A DNA stretch of 64,000 nt, taken from positions 1 through 64,000 of the forward strand of contig NIVC01003827.1 of the NCBI GenBank assembly GCA_002269645.1, in the 5' to 3' direction. This DNA comes from Macrostomum lignano (taxonomy: Eukaryota). The position numbers were made by a program, and so were the translations under genes. A model generated the notes under the pieces. It was not told the origin of the DNA, ran no database searches, and saw only the letters and a program-made list of their open reading frames with translations. Below are positions 1 to 12,178 of the stretch, in pieces. How positions within the stretch are numbered: the first letter of the stretch is position 1; each line of letters opens with the position of its first letter.

Positions 1-109
1 CTGATGACAGAATAGGAAACTCTTCATCATTTATATTTCAAGGTTGGTAAGGTTTTATTTAGTTTGTTTGGCAGTAACAGTTTGGCATGCCTGCAGCTGC
101 ATGTGTGCT

Positions 110-473
110 TCAATCGGCAGTCACTTTTAAATCAGTTGAACCTCGCATCCAGTGTTTCCGCATTCTCGGGTCTCGCGCGAACATTTCCGCCAATCCAGTC
201 GGCCACCCCATGCTTATTCCATTATACGAATTGTTAATGTGCAGCTTCAGCTTCTGCGCATCCGAGATTATGTAGCCCTCCTTCAGAAGAGTCACGATGA
301 AGGCGCTGTCCAGGCACAAGTAGGCCTTATGCTTGCCGCTAGCGGCGGGTTCACGCAGGACTTCCTCGCGACAGCCTCCAGCTCGCCCACCGCCACCTCG
401 TTTTCTGAAGTACGTCTGAGATAGCCGAGCCTCTTCAGCGTCCCCGCGGTATAGAAAATGCCGCCGCTATCTT
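110..473 (-). CDS. 3' exon of an ENTPD5/6-like nucleoside diphosphatase (GDA1/CD39 family), with an apparent 1-nt frameshift near 340-350
   Basis: After acceptor tctgcag| at 473 the frame reads DSGGIFYTAGTLKRLGYL...VAVGELEAVARKSC. A shifted frame continues KHKAYLCLDSAFIVTLLKEGY...NGISMGWPTGLA. Both parts match the recalled ENTPD5/6 C-terminus (F-Y...AREVC...FLCMDL..LL..G(F/Y)...GW.LG). Upstream exons were not resolved. Confidence 0.6.
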
Positions 474-2042
474 CTGCAGAATTGACGAAAATTAATTACG
501 AGTGATTGTAGCAATGCAGTGCACCGCTATTCAGGATTTAATAATTGGATTTCCTAACAAGTCTTTTGAGACATTGGTTCAACTGTAAACAGACAGACAG
601 ACAGACGATCCCGAATGCTATTTGACAAAACCGCCATCTGATATCCTGTATGACTTACTTGAGGCGAGGGTCGCCTATTCCGCTAGCCCGTCCTGCAGCG
701 TGCTTTTCCGTGGGGAAGAAGGTGGCTCATCTAGTCATCCGGAGGAACCGGATGAGCCGTAGGATGCTGTCGGACTGGCAGACCTCGTCAATTGACTGAT
801 TCGGTCCGAGGTAGCGTAGCCGGTCTCTGGTAAAGAAAGGGCAGTGACAAACAAAGTGCTTGAGAAGTACAATAAATAAAAATACAAGTATTTTTTATTC
901 CACTCACGATGTCCGCAACAGCGCGATGAGCTATTATTAGGCCGAATCCGTTTGCTGCAAACACAACCCAGACGCTTTGCGTTGCGTTGTCTGAAAATTT
1001 TGGGGGAAGACGATGAGGCTTCGGTCGTCTTTGATGACCAATGCAGAGCTGACAACCTGGATCTATGAAAGTAAGGGTCGGATTTCATTTCCTAATTCAA
1101 CGCTGTTTGACTTCTTTTTTCCGGATCCAAAAAGCAATAAGAGATGCATTTCTTTCTGGGGGCTCTGCATGGCTACGTGTAATCCTGGTGTAATTGTCTA
1201 TAATTAAAATAACTTTTTAGAAAACAAACATTGCACACGAAAGAAACACAACAGAGCTGCGCGATCCGCTTGCTGGAGACAAAGAAATTCGGGAGCTTAC
1301 AGAAACGCTGCCTTATAGCGCCGTTGACGGCAATCAGATGGGCCTGGCCTGGGTGAAGCTGGACAGATAGGCAGAATTGGCGTTCGGTGCGCCACAGAAA
1401 TTCTTCACCAGGCGGCCATCAGCAGGCAGAGGCCAAAAATTAATTTGAGACCTACCTAGCCAACTTTTAATGCATTTGATTGATTATGCTTCATTTGATA
1501 TGAATTGATATGAATAATTTATATTTTAGGTTGTGGCAAACATGTCGACCAAGTCATGAAGAATATTCCTGAGGATCAACGTTGCAAGTGTCCAAGATAA
1601 AAGATGTATATACTATTACCATTGGCTAGGCCCTATATCATATAGGACCTATGATATCAAATGAATATCATCAAATGAATAGGCCCTATATCATATAGGG
1701 CCTAGCTACCAATTACAATTTTGTTGTAGGGATGATAAAGATTGATATTGAGATGGATATTTTTACTTTTAATGCAAGGGGAGCCCTAAGTCCCTAGGGT
1801 CAAGCAACAGATTTTTGATACTGTATGCCAATTGTGGTTAGGATTGTAAGGGCTCAAGTTAAGATGAATGAAGCCAATAAGGAAGCTGCTTAGCATTTTC
1901 CACCATCAAAGAAGGCAAGACTGCAAGCAATGAGGCTTTTGCTGCCCAATCAACTCGGGAACCAACTGACACACAGGCCATCGCTCTCACAGAAGATCTT
2001 GGTAAGCATAGGAGATTTTGTTCTTTTAGTCACTTTAACATT

Positions 2043-2408
2043 GAGGGGGCCGTAGCCCAGCGGTAGCGCAGCTGCTCTGGTGTGCCAGCGACCCAGGCTC
2101 GATTCCAAGTGCAATGACATTAATTTGGGGCTGAATTGGAATCTCGGCTTGGCTCTGCTCGTGCAATTAACGGCCTTGAGAGCCAACCCCCCAAGGCGCA
2201 GTGAAGTGTACATGCCTAATGATAAAATAAAGTTAGGGCCGCTGTAGACTCCTGTGTGAGTGTGTGCCTGCGTACGTATCTGCGCGCTTGTGTGCCTGCT
2301 CAGGGGTGTCGGCGGAATGGGCAGCAATGCCTCTCGCCGGTTGTGTGCCTATGTCGCTTAAAGTGCGCCAGGGTGCACACAACCCCGCTGCCTCTAATAA
2401 ATAAAAAT
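2043..2408 (+). mobile_element. tRNA-derived SINE, full-length copy with target-site duplication
   Basis: A box TAGCCCAGCGG (2053-2063), B box GGCTCGATTCC (2096-2106), A-rich tail, and an 11-bp direct repeat ACTTTAACATT at 2032-2042 and 2409-2419. The body recurs at about 26838-27173. Confidence 0.85.
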
Positions 2409-2424
2409 ACTTTAACATTACAAG

Positions 2425-2715
2425 GTGAGATATGAGAGGGAGAGAGGTGAGCGAATAGGGGAGAGGACAGAGGGGAGAAAGAGGAGAGAGGAGAGGGTAG
2501 GGAAGAGAGGAGAGGGAAGAAAGAAGAGGGGAGAAAGAGGAAAGAGAAGAGAGGAGAGGAGACGGCAGAGATGGGAGAACGAGGAGAGGAGAGGAGAGGA
2601 GAGAGAAGATGGGAGAGATTAGAGAGGAGGGAAGAGAGGAGAGAGAAGAGGGGAGAGAGAAGAGGGGGAGAGAGAAGAGAGGAGAGAGGAGAGGAAAGAA
2701 TTATATAATATGGGA
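2425..2715. repeat. GA-rich low-complexity tract
   Basis: Almost pure G/A sequence; the E/R/G-rich ORFs here are by-products. Confidence 0.85.
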
Positions 2716-3411
2716 GAGAGGAGAGAAAATCATTGGATCAAAGGCTATTATTTATGGGCGGGGTACTCACATGAAGTGGCTATTCATTAGCAGAGCTAAG
2801 TGCTAATAATTCCTAATTAGCGCTTTTCCTAGGCATTCAAAGGCCAATTTATCCCACACCTTATATAGAAAAAATATTGACATGAGTAAATGGCTTCAAA
2901 AGGTGAATGAAAGCTAAACATTCTCACATAACTGATGGATAGTTTTCTGTTAACCTTTACTGCTATTGTGCATGTCTATAAAGCGTAGAGCAGCGTACTG
3001 TAGCTAAGCACACAACCTCTAAATGTTATTTGTAGAGCAGCTGAGTTATTTACGACCCAATGCAATATCGCTGCATAACAGAACAATGGGCGCTAACTGC
3101 ATGCTAGATAAACTTTATTGTGGCCCTGCCTCCTGGCACTTTATGCGTCCCTGCTCAAACAAGCTCTCACTTGCAATAACACAGTATACTATTCTCATTC
3201 TCACTAGCCATGGTGGGCTGTGTGCAGTTGAGTAAGTATTGATTGCACGTATAATCACAATAAGATAATACAGATACATTACCGACTTGGGTTTTGATGA
3301 TTTTGGAGACCAGCACAGGCTGGCAGCTCTGTTTTCTGAGAAATGCTGCCCACTGACTTGAAAAGGAGCTCAGTTTAACTTACACGTATCAAAAGAGCAG
3401 TTCCTACTATA

Positions 3412-4495
3412 CGAGAACCTGTCTACAGAGGCCAGTTTCCCATGAGAACCCCTGTCTACAGAGGCCAGTTTCCCACGAGAACCCCTGTCTACAGAGGCCA
3501 GTTTCCCATGAGAACCCCTGTCTACAGAGGCCAGTTTCCCACGAGAACCCCTGTCTACAGAGGCCAGTTTCCCACGAGAACCCCTGTCTACAGAGGCCAG
3601 TTTCCCATGAGAACCCCTGTCTACAGAGGCCAGTTTCCCATGAGAACCCCTGTCTACAGAGGCCAGTTTCCCATGAGAACCCCTGTCTACAGAGGCCAGT
3701 TTCCCATGAGAACCCCTGTCTACAGAGGCCAGTTTCCCACGAGAACCCCTGTCTACAGAGGCCAGTTTCCCACGAGAACCCCTGTCTACAGAGGCCAGTT
3801 TCCCACGAGAACCCCTGTCTACAGAGGCCAGTTTCCCATGAGAACCCCTGTCTACAGAGGCCAGTTTCCCATGAGAACCCCTGTCTACAGAGGCCAGTTT
3901 CCCATGAGAACCCCTGTCTACAGAGGCCAGTTTCCCATGAGAACCCCTGTCTACAGAGGCCAGTTTCCCATGAGAACCCCTGTCTACAGAGGCCAGTTTC
4001 CCATGAGAACCCCTGTCTACAGAGGCCAGTTTCCCATGAGAACCCCTGTCTACAGAGGCCAGTTTCCCACGAGAACCCCTGTCTACAGAGGCCAGTTTCC
4101 CACGAGAACCCCTGTCTACAGAGGCCAGTTTCCCACGAGAACCCCTGTCTACAGAGGCCAGTTTCCCACGAGAACCCCTGTCTACAGAGGCCAGTTTCCC
4201 ACGAGAACCCCTGTCTACAGAGGCCAGTTTCCCACGAGAACCCCTGTCTACAGAGGCCAGTTTCCCACGAGAACCCCTGTCTACAGAGGCCAGTTTCCCA
4301 CGAGAACCCCTGTCTACAGAGGCCAGTTTCCCATGAGAACCCCTGTCTACAGAGGCCAGTTTCCCACGAGAACCCCTGTCTACAGAGGCCAGTTTCCCAC
4401 GAGAACACCTGTCTACAGAGGCCAGTTTCCCATAAGAACCCCTGTCTACACAGGCCAGGTTCCATGAGAACCCCTGTTTACAGAGGCACTTTCAC
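3412..4495. repeat. 33-bp minisatellite (GAGAACCCCTGTCTACAGAGGCCAGTTTCCCAY), about 32 copies
   Basis: Direct reading; the 11-aa periodic ORFs on both strands reflect the 33-bp unit. Confidence 0.95.
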
Positions 4496-5497
4496 AGAGA
4501 CAGACAGAGTACAGAAATAGATGCAATGATTTATGCAGTCAAGCTTCAAGCTGCATCTACTAGAGTAGTCTCGTGACTGCATTTTTTAATCTGTTTAGTG
4601 TGACTATACTTTAAAATGAAGGTTTTGCCAATTCTGTAACTAAACTGTATAACTTATCATGATTGTCACTTGAACTATAGCTATTACAACCCTCAGTAAA
4701 TAAAGTGCTGGATTGTTGAAGAACCAATTGAATGTCCATTTTCTTCACAATTGTGAAAAAACAGCTATTAATTAAATTTATTTTATCGGTGTTCGCTCGT
4801 ATTGCCATGCGTGTTAAGTAAATGTGAAAAGAACAATTATTTTAAACGACACTAAGTTGCACTGCAGGCTATTAGCAAGGACGAATGTCTGCACGCGTGT
4901 ACTTTAAAGCACAGAGGGAATAATGAAGTGCAGCAATGCGAGAAGGGAAAAGATGCTACAGTTATCTACGGAACGGCAAAACGATATAAAACTATATATA
5001 AGTAATCTTTGTTGACGATACTCAGGTCTTTGTATGCACACCAAAATACGTGTGAAAGCAATTATAAAGTTGGTACTTCACAAAGACTTTTAATGTGAAA
5101 ATTGATTGAAACTAAAGAGATAGCATAGAGGTACCTAGCACTATTATTAGTAAACTAGCGAGGTAAGTAAGAGAATATAAATTGTTCAGCATATGTTTGG
5201 CTTGTCATTATGCTTGCGCAGTGCCTATAACATCATACAAGTAATACTGCGGGACTCGCACGACTAAATTTGCACTCACTGTCTAGGAAAATGTCGGACT
5301 CAGAAGCCGGCAGAGCTTATTCGAGCCATGCATAGCAATTTCTTTAAAACTTTTAGATTAGAAAGGACTGTTCTTCTGACCTCTAGTACACTCTTCTGAA
5401 ACTGAAGTGCGGTCTAATGACCATTAGGCTACCTATTTAGATATGGTGCGCAAAGCTATAGGGATGGATCTACAAAGCTGTTGGCTGGTCCTGGTAA

Positions 5498-5846
5498 TTA
5501 CTGCTGATATGCTTGAGACTCCACAGTCTCGTCTGCTGCCGCCTCAGACGGGGCGCTGTTTCCGCTGCCCACCTGCAGGCCCAGTAGCTCACTGAGGGCG
5601 CCGGGTAGCGCTGACTGAAATATGCTCATAGGCTGCGACTGCTGCTGTTGCGATGGCGGCGGAGGTCGCGGCGGGGGCGACGTGGAGGAGCCGAAACCGA
5701 ACGCCGTCGCCAGCGGGTCGAAGGCGGAGCCGCCACCTTTGCCTGCTGAAGTGGCGTCGCCTGGCTGCGCTGAGGCAAATGGGTCGTCCGGAATCTCCAG
5801 GTCAGTAAAAACTGGCTTCGGCGGCGGCGGCGGTGGCGGCTGCGCT

Positions 5847-5887
<41 letters not shown>

Positions 5888-8629
5888 CTGCTGCTTCGGC
5901 GAGTCGTCGAGCACGCTGGTTACGGGAGGTTTCTTTCGCTCGCCCAGCTCGTAGCTGATGGCCCAACTGTAGCTGTACTTGGCCGTGTACTGCACAAACT
6001 TTCCAGCTTGGGCGGTGTGGTCTAGCCCGATGCTGCGGACAGTGCAGCCGGACACGGTGCTCCCCGGCATGCGGAATTCCACCTGGGCGCTGGGCTCCAA
6101 GGCCTCCCAGCTGGGCACCGTATCGTGAGGCTCGAGCTGCAGTCTGCACGTGAACAGGTGCGACTTGTACGCACCTGAAGTGGAGTTGTGGTTTGAGGAT
6201 TACTGTGGGAATACATTGTTCCATACATCATCTCCTGCAGCTGATTATGATCTTAAGATACATGAGAGCAAATGCTCTCGTCAGACCTTTCCGTCATCAA
6301 ATGAGATATTCTTTCCTTCAGTATAATGGAAAGACCTGACGGTTACCTGCTCTGTATCTTCAGATCATCATGCGATGGTCAAATGAAAAATGATCCTCTT
6401 ATCTTTGGTGAACCGCCTTGCTATGGCAGGGGCCATCATCTTTAAGCAATATTCGGGTAATTTAGTGTCCTTGTGACGATATGAATATTTTTAGACACTG
6501 CTTTTTCTCTCTCATATAGCTTACATCGATACCGCGAAAAGTCTCACCGTGGTGCTTTCCGGCAGTTTGGAAATTCGCCACACAATGGCTCGGTACAGAT
6601 GCTCGTACTTGGCCACACCAACATTGGCCTCCATGATGGACGGCGGGAAGAAGCCCTGTGCCATCTGCGTGATCCGCTCGATGCCCTTGATGCGGCCCGG
6701 CTTGCGCAGCGCCGAGTGCACCGAGTTGTACTTAAACTTGCCTTCCTGTCGGAAGAAATAGACCCAGTCTTCCGGGATCGGAATACGGATCTCGATGTCC
6801 TCTGCGGGGACCTCGTGGCAGCGTGTGTGGCTGCTGAAGAAGCCGGGCACCATGACGTCGCAGCGGATGTTGACCCGGTCCTGGTCGATGGAGAACACAC
6901 ACTTCAGCTGAAGGGGAAGCTCCTGGTTCTCGCGCAGGGCAACTCGAAACCGCATGAGCTCGAAACGACAAGCATCCAGAGGGTAGAAGCATATCATGTG
7001 CGAGTTGTTGTATCGGTCCATGTCCACCACCGCGTGGAACTCGGGCTCGTACATGTCGATCCAGTCGTCGTGCAGCATGGGAATAATGTCCTGCCGCTTG
7101 ACCACCTCGTTTCCGTAGCGCCACTTGTCGTTGAGTCCCAGCTCAACGTAGGGCATGCCGGTCACAAAGGCGGTGAAGAACACCCGAGTACGCGACTTCT
7201 GCCGCTGAATGCGGCCCTGCAAGTCCACGGCAGCCTCGTACTCGTCCTGAACGTAGGCGCAGACCTCCTCCTTGACGTAGTCGACAGGCGCTTTATTGCG
7301 GTCTCTGACCACCGTAGAGCGCATCATGAGGTCCTCGATCTGCCACATCAGAGACCGGATGTCGTGCTGGTTGATGCTGCCAAACTTTACAATCTCCTGT
7401 CGCACAGGCATGTGATCCAACACGTCTGTGGTCTTCGGCTTGGCCAGCATGTTCTGAATATTTTTTAGCGACCACTTTTCTGTGCGAACGCCGACCATCT
7501 CCTTGTAGGTCAGCAGGTTTACCTTGAAGATGTGCAGCTTTCCGTATTTATCGTACTGCTGCAGCTTAGCTTGGCTTAGTTGAAAAAAGGGCTCCAGGCG
7601 AATGCATCGGTACGGATTCTCCAGGTCCTCCAGGTTGAACAACTTCAGCGTTGGTCGTTCCTGCTCCCATACCAGACGCACCAGAATGTCCTTCCACCAA
7701 CGGTCAGAAGTGAACTTGCTCATTTGCTTGCCGAGCTTCTTCTTGGTTTCTGGCATGCGAATAAAAAGTTTCCAGCTGTCGCCCATGCAGGCTGGGTGAA
7801 ACGGCTCAAACGGCGGCATCGGCGGCGTCTCCGAGCGTAGGCGGCTCCGGCGACCCGACTCTTCAGCTTCCCCCGCTGCCGGCCGGGCCCAGTCGACCTC
7901 AAAAGCTGCCGCCTCGCCAGCACCCGACGCCTCGCCCCAAACATTATCGTCGGCACCTAGGTCGGCAGTGGTGGTTTCCGCTCCGCCAAGATTGAAAGGG
8001 TTGAAACGGTTCTGATCGTCATCATCTTCGTTTACCGTTTCCGTGAAGGCGGCAGCTGCTGCTGCTGCTGCTGCTTTCGCTTGAGCCCTCGACGGCGGCC
8101 CCTGGATGTGCGGCACCACTTCCGCCTCTGCTGCTTCGTCGCCGCCACCGATTTTGACACTCACCGAGACGCCAGCGCCGCCGTCCTCGTCGCCGCTGTT
8201 GTCACTCTCCGGATAGATGGTGGACAGCGGGTCAAAGCCGTTTGCCTCCCCGTCAGTCAGCTCTGCTTTAGTCTCCGCGGGCTCTTCTACCGCAACATTT
8301 TTTGGAGTTTCCGCTGCTTGTGGCGACGCAGTCATCAGAAACGGATCGTCGGCCTCCAAAGATGCGACTCGAAACGGGTTGTTCCCGGACAGCGTGTCCT
8401 GCCGAGGCACGCCCTTGGCCCGATCCCGCCTCGTCGGCGTGGATTCCTCCGCGGGCAGGATTTTTGCTGTAGCCGCCGCCGAGAAGTTGGAAAAATCTCC
8501 AGCAGCGTCAAATGGATTTTCCTCGTCAGGAGCGAGGTCGACTGCTTCGCCAAAAGCGCTGGAGAAGGGGTCGAAGGCAGACTGGTCAAACACGCCATCG
8601 TCAAGTTCATCCTGGTCCTGTTTGGCCAT
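5498..8629 (-). CDS. Stonin / stoned-B-like endocytic adaptor (N-terminal DPF/NPF motifs, stonin-homology domain, mu-homology domain); exons 6548-8629 and 5498-6174
   Basis: Long ORF with FDPF, ENPF, NNPF, DDPF and FNPF motifs, and mu-homology sequence (YVKEEV...RVFFTAFVTGMPYVELGLND, FHAVVD, FYPLDACRFELMRFR, AKYEHLYRAIVWRI). Exon 2 reads AYKSHLFTCRL...VEFRMP...VRSI...KFVQYTAKYSY. The ATG at 8629 is inferred. The exon junction is off by one base (see findings). Confidence 0.88.
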
Positions 8630-11600
8630 GGCGGAGGAATCAGCTTGGACGCAAAGAACGGAATTGACTGACGCCCCCTCAGTTGGGCCGGTGCTGATTT
8701 CTGCTCCGGATTCCTTCTGCCTCGGAAGAGTTCTCAAAAGTTGCGCCTTCGCTTCCCCTGTTTGCAGTCCGTGAGATCTCCGCACTTTCGCTCACAAGGA
8801 ATGATGAAAAGAAAAAGACTGGACTGAATGGAAATGGAACTCTAGAAGATTTTGTGTGTTAGCATGTGCCCGTGCGCGGGCCTGAGCAGGCGTGCTGGCT
8901 GGCGGCCCGTGTACTACCGCGTCTCTCCAGCTCAACTCTGCGATGAGGAGCTCCAGATTAGTGGCTCTCTGCGGCTGTTTCTCCCTCCTTCTCTCTGCTG
9001 CCGGCGACACGCCTCTCCCCCTGCCTTCTTTGCTTACCCTCTGCGACAATCCCCTCCCCAGCTTCTCTGCACTTCTCTCCGGGCCCGCCAGCCCCGGCTC
9101 CTGTACTCATGCATGCGCGCATTTTTGCGGCAAGAGCAAGAGCTGGCTGACTGCCTGCCCCCAGTCCTCATCCGCCCTCTTCCCCCGCTCCCTCTGAGAT
9201 GCATTCTCGGCTCTCTCTCTCTCTCCAGTTCCTCTCGCTCATGGGAGCCAAGCCAGATCGATAGCCCGCGGACCTCCCTACCCTCCTCCTAATGGCCGGT
9301 GTGCTGCACTCAGCCACTGACTTCGCCCCCTTCTGTCTCTGCCTTCCCTCCGAGGTCCTGCATTGGCTTTAAAGCACCTTTCGAAAGTGGGAGAAAAAGT
9401 TGAGCTCTCTCTTGTCCGATGAAACTGTATCGGATGAGCTGCTGCTGCTAGTCCGATCTGCCTCGTCTCCCTTGTTCCCCATCGCCTTGTGTCGGGCAGG
9501 CATGGCTGATAATTCACGAGATTTAAACAGTGCTTTGACAGTGGATAAAGAGAATAATGCGCAGGGGGTAAATTAGGGATGGAGGAATAAGAAAGCAGAG
9601 GAGGAGCTCAGATAAACGGAGAACGCTCGGTCAGGGAGACAGTCGGAATAAAATTTTGCGTCCCCTAGGAATTCTGAAATTTCCGCGAGCTCAGCTGGCG
9701 TGTTTCTGCAGTCTCCGGTCCCTCAGTTTCTCCCATCTTTCTCGCATTTCCTGCTATCTGTTTTTCCCGCTCTTCCGGGCCTCAAAGCGAGTCGGAGCGG
9801 AGCGGTCGCACGAGCTGCACTTGAGCTGGGAGCAGAGCATGACGAGCGAGCGCTTGGCCATCCGTTTCTTTGATTCTGTTCTCACAGTTTGCTATTGCAT
9901 TTAGGTTTGCCTAACTAATTAAAAAGAAAGTGGCTTTTAATACTCGGGAAGACTCGTGTTCAAGGGTTCTTTCATTTTTGTCCATTTGCGCTTTAGGAAA
10001 CTGCTCATCCGAGACGGCGGTGGCGGATTTGAATGAAGTTTTACCGGTGCGAGATGCGAGAGTGGAAACTGAAGAGGATGGAATTTGAGAGGCAGGGTGT
10101 CGGTTGGGGGGATGACAGCTTAAATAAAGCCCAGATGTGATTAGGAATGTTAAAGAGGCTTACGGTTAAGAGCGAAGAGTGATAAAACAGTGAGGGCTGC
10201 TAAGGTTGAGCAGCAGGGGTGGACAGTGAGGGTGAGCAGCAGGGGTCAAAGCATCATCAGGCCTAGAGCAGTGTGTCATGCTGCCTTTCGGAGAGTTCGT
10301 GACGGAGCAGCCGGTTTCGCTTCCTGCTTTCGCTAGTGAGTTTCCTTCTCTTTGAAGACAGTTGCTATGCCATGGGCTCGGATTCGGAACAGGTAATTAA
10401 TTGCATGTGCTCTGTCTGATATGCCTCAAAGGTAAAGAGGTGAAAGCGTTAATTTTATCCATATTTGCTCGCAAGCTGCTTGTGACGTCTCGGGTCGTGC
10501 GACTCGTCAGGGATGAATTTCACAGGCACGCCAGAACTGTGCTACCCATGCTACTACTTGGAGTAGGCAGCTGGAGGAATCTCATTGAAATTAGTGCAAT
10601 TTCTGTATTGATTCAAGTGCGCTGACTTGAGCTCTAAATTAAATATTTACAAATGTCATCTCAAAACGTCCCAATGGCTTTCGAACTTGAGACTTCATGC
10701 AATTCTGCTTCACGTTCCTAATTTGTAGCACTTCTTATATTAATTTCATTAATTGAAGCTGTAAGCAAACAATTTAAAAAAAGTGCTAAAAAATTCGCGA
10801 TATTGAATCGAACTTCGCTGGGCTGAACTCGCCAACTGTGCGAGGGAATTATCTGACAAATCGTTCCACTTTCGGAGTTGCTGAACTCCCTCCTATCGCT
10901 TTGATATCAGCCAAACTGCTTGTCGCTATTCCAGCACTGGCTGCACTTCTCTCTGTCTGTCTTTTCAGCGGCCTTGCCACTCGGCAGGCTCGGAAAAAAC
11001 CTCCGGCTAAAAAATGCCCCCCCCTTGCTGGGTAGCAACAGAATTGCCGCTACTCTCAAAACACTGCGACACGCGATGTCCTCATTTCGAATCCCCATTC
11101 TCTGTCTTTGAGTGGTCGATTTCTGAAGTGCTCAAAGTGATAGACACGTGCGACCGCTTCTGTTTGATCTGCAGGTTCGAATTTATTGTAAGAGCGAATG
11201 ATTGTGGTGTGATTAACTGGGTCTAAAAGACTATTCGGTTTGAGATAATTGTGGGTAGGATATTCCATGCATCATAGTAGCGTTTTATCCCTGAATCCGG
11301 TAGAGTGTACAGGGTACAATACGAGCTACAAGTACACGAGTCCTTACTCAGGTAACAGCTGTCGGCTTTCCGGAATCTGGGGCGTCAGGACGCTGGGCCA
11401 CTAACCAAATTTAGCTAGGTGTTATATTACGCTTATTAGTTTAATTAAATTTGCACCGCACAATGGGCTTGGGTCCCAGTGGGTCAGTAAAATCGCGACT
11501 AAAAAGCCAGACCACCACGCCTCCCGACCGGCCCTACCCCACGCCAGCCAATCACACCGCGGGAGGGGGAGAGAGAGAAACTGAGCCTGCTGCCTGGCCC

Positions 11601-11704
11601 AGCCAATGAGGACTCTGCGGCTCTCAGCGCCAAAGCTAAAGACGAAAGCAATACAAGACGCATGGGAGTTGATAGACAGGCGCACTGAGTCGTGTGGCAT
11701 TTCA

Positions 11705-11930
11705 GGTAATTTGCACAGGATATTCCAGGTATTTAAGATGGAAATTCCAGGCATTAAAGATAGGACATTCCAGGTATTTTGGGTCAGGATATTCCAGTAT
11801 TTAGGACTGGACATTCCAGGTATTTTGGGACCGGGATACTCCAGGTAATTTATGTAGGAGATTCCAGGTATTTATTTAGTAGATAATGTAGATTCCAGGT
11901 AATTTATTTAGGAGATTCCAGGTATTTCGG
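11705..11930. repeat. Degenerate ~19-bp repeat with core TTCCAGGTATTT
   Basis: About 10 imperfect copies upstream of the GPCR. Confidence 0.7.
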
Positions 11931-12178
11931 CGGGGAAAATTATTACTAGGCTTTGAGAACCGGGGCTTCTGAAGCACTTTATACTCGATAGTTTACCAGA
12001 TGCTCAAGTTATCCCTAAGCCAGCGCAGTCCACAGCAGCATCACTCTCTGCAGATAAATGCTTCATAAAGCCGGAGTTCGCTAGCCAATGAACGAACTCC
12101 CTGTCTGCCAATGCCTGCGGGGCTGCACTGATATTATGGAGCGACAGTCGCTGCTGCAGCAGAACAGCTCCTAAAGAG

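Noticed and set aside
2045-2112. tRNA gene
   Set aside because: A and B boxes are present, but there is no convincing cloverleaf and the sequence continues into a repeated body with tail and TSD, so it is a SINE head.
4875-5003. Cys-containing open stretch (KDECLHACTLKH...)
   Set aside because: Short, no recognisable family, weak splice signals, and it lies antisense to the likely stonin 3' region.
8790-9520. Upstream stoned-A-like cistron as in the Drosophila dicistronic stoned locus
   Set aside because: No long DPF-rich ORF upstream; the region looks like UTR and promoter.
10530-11350. Possible small plus-strand exons (TPELCYPCYYL; YSMHHSSVLSLNPVEC...)
   Set aside because: The phases do not join and no homology is recognisable.
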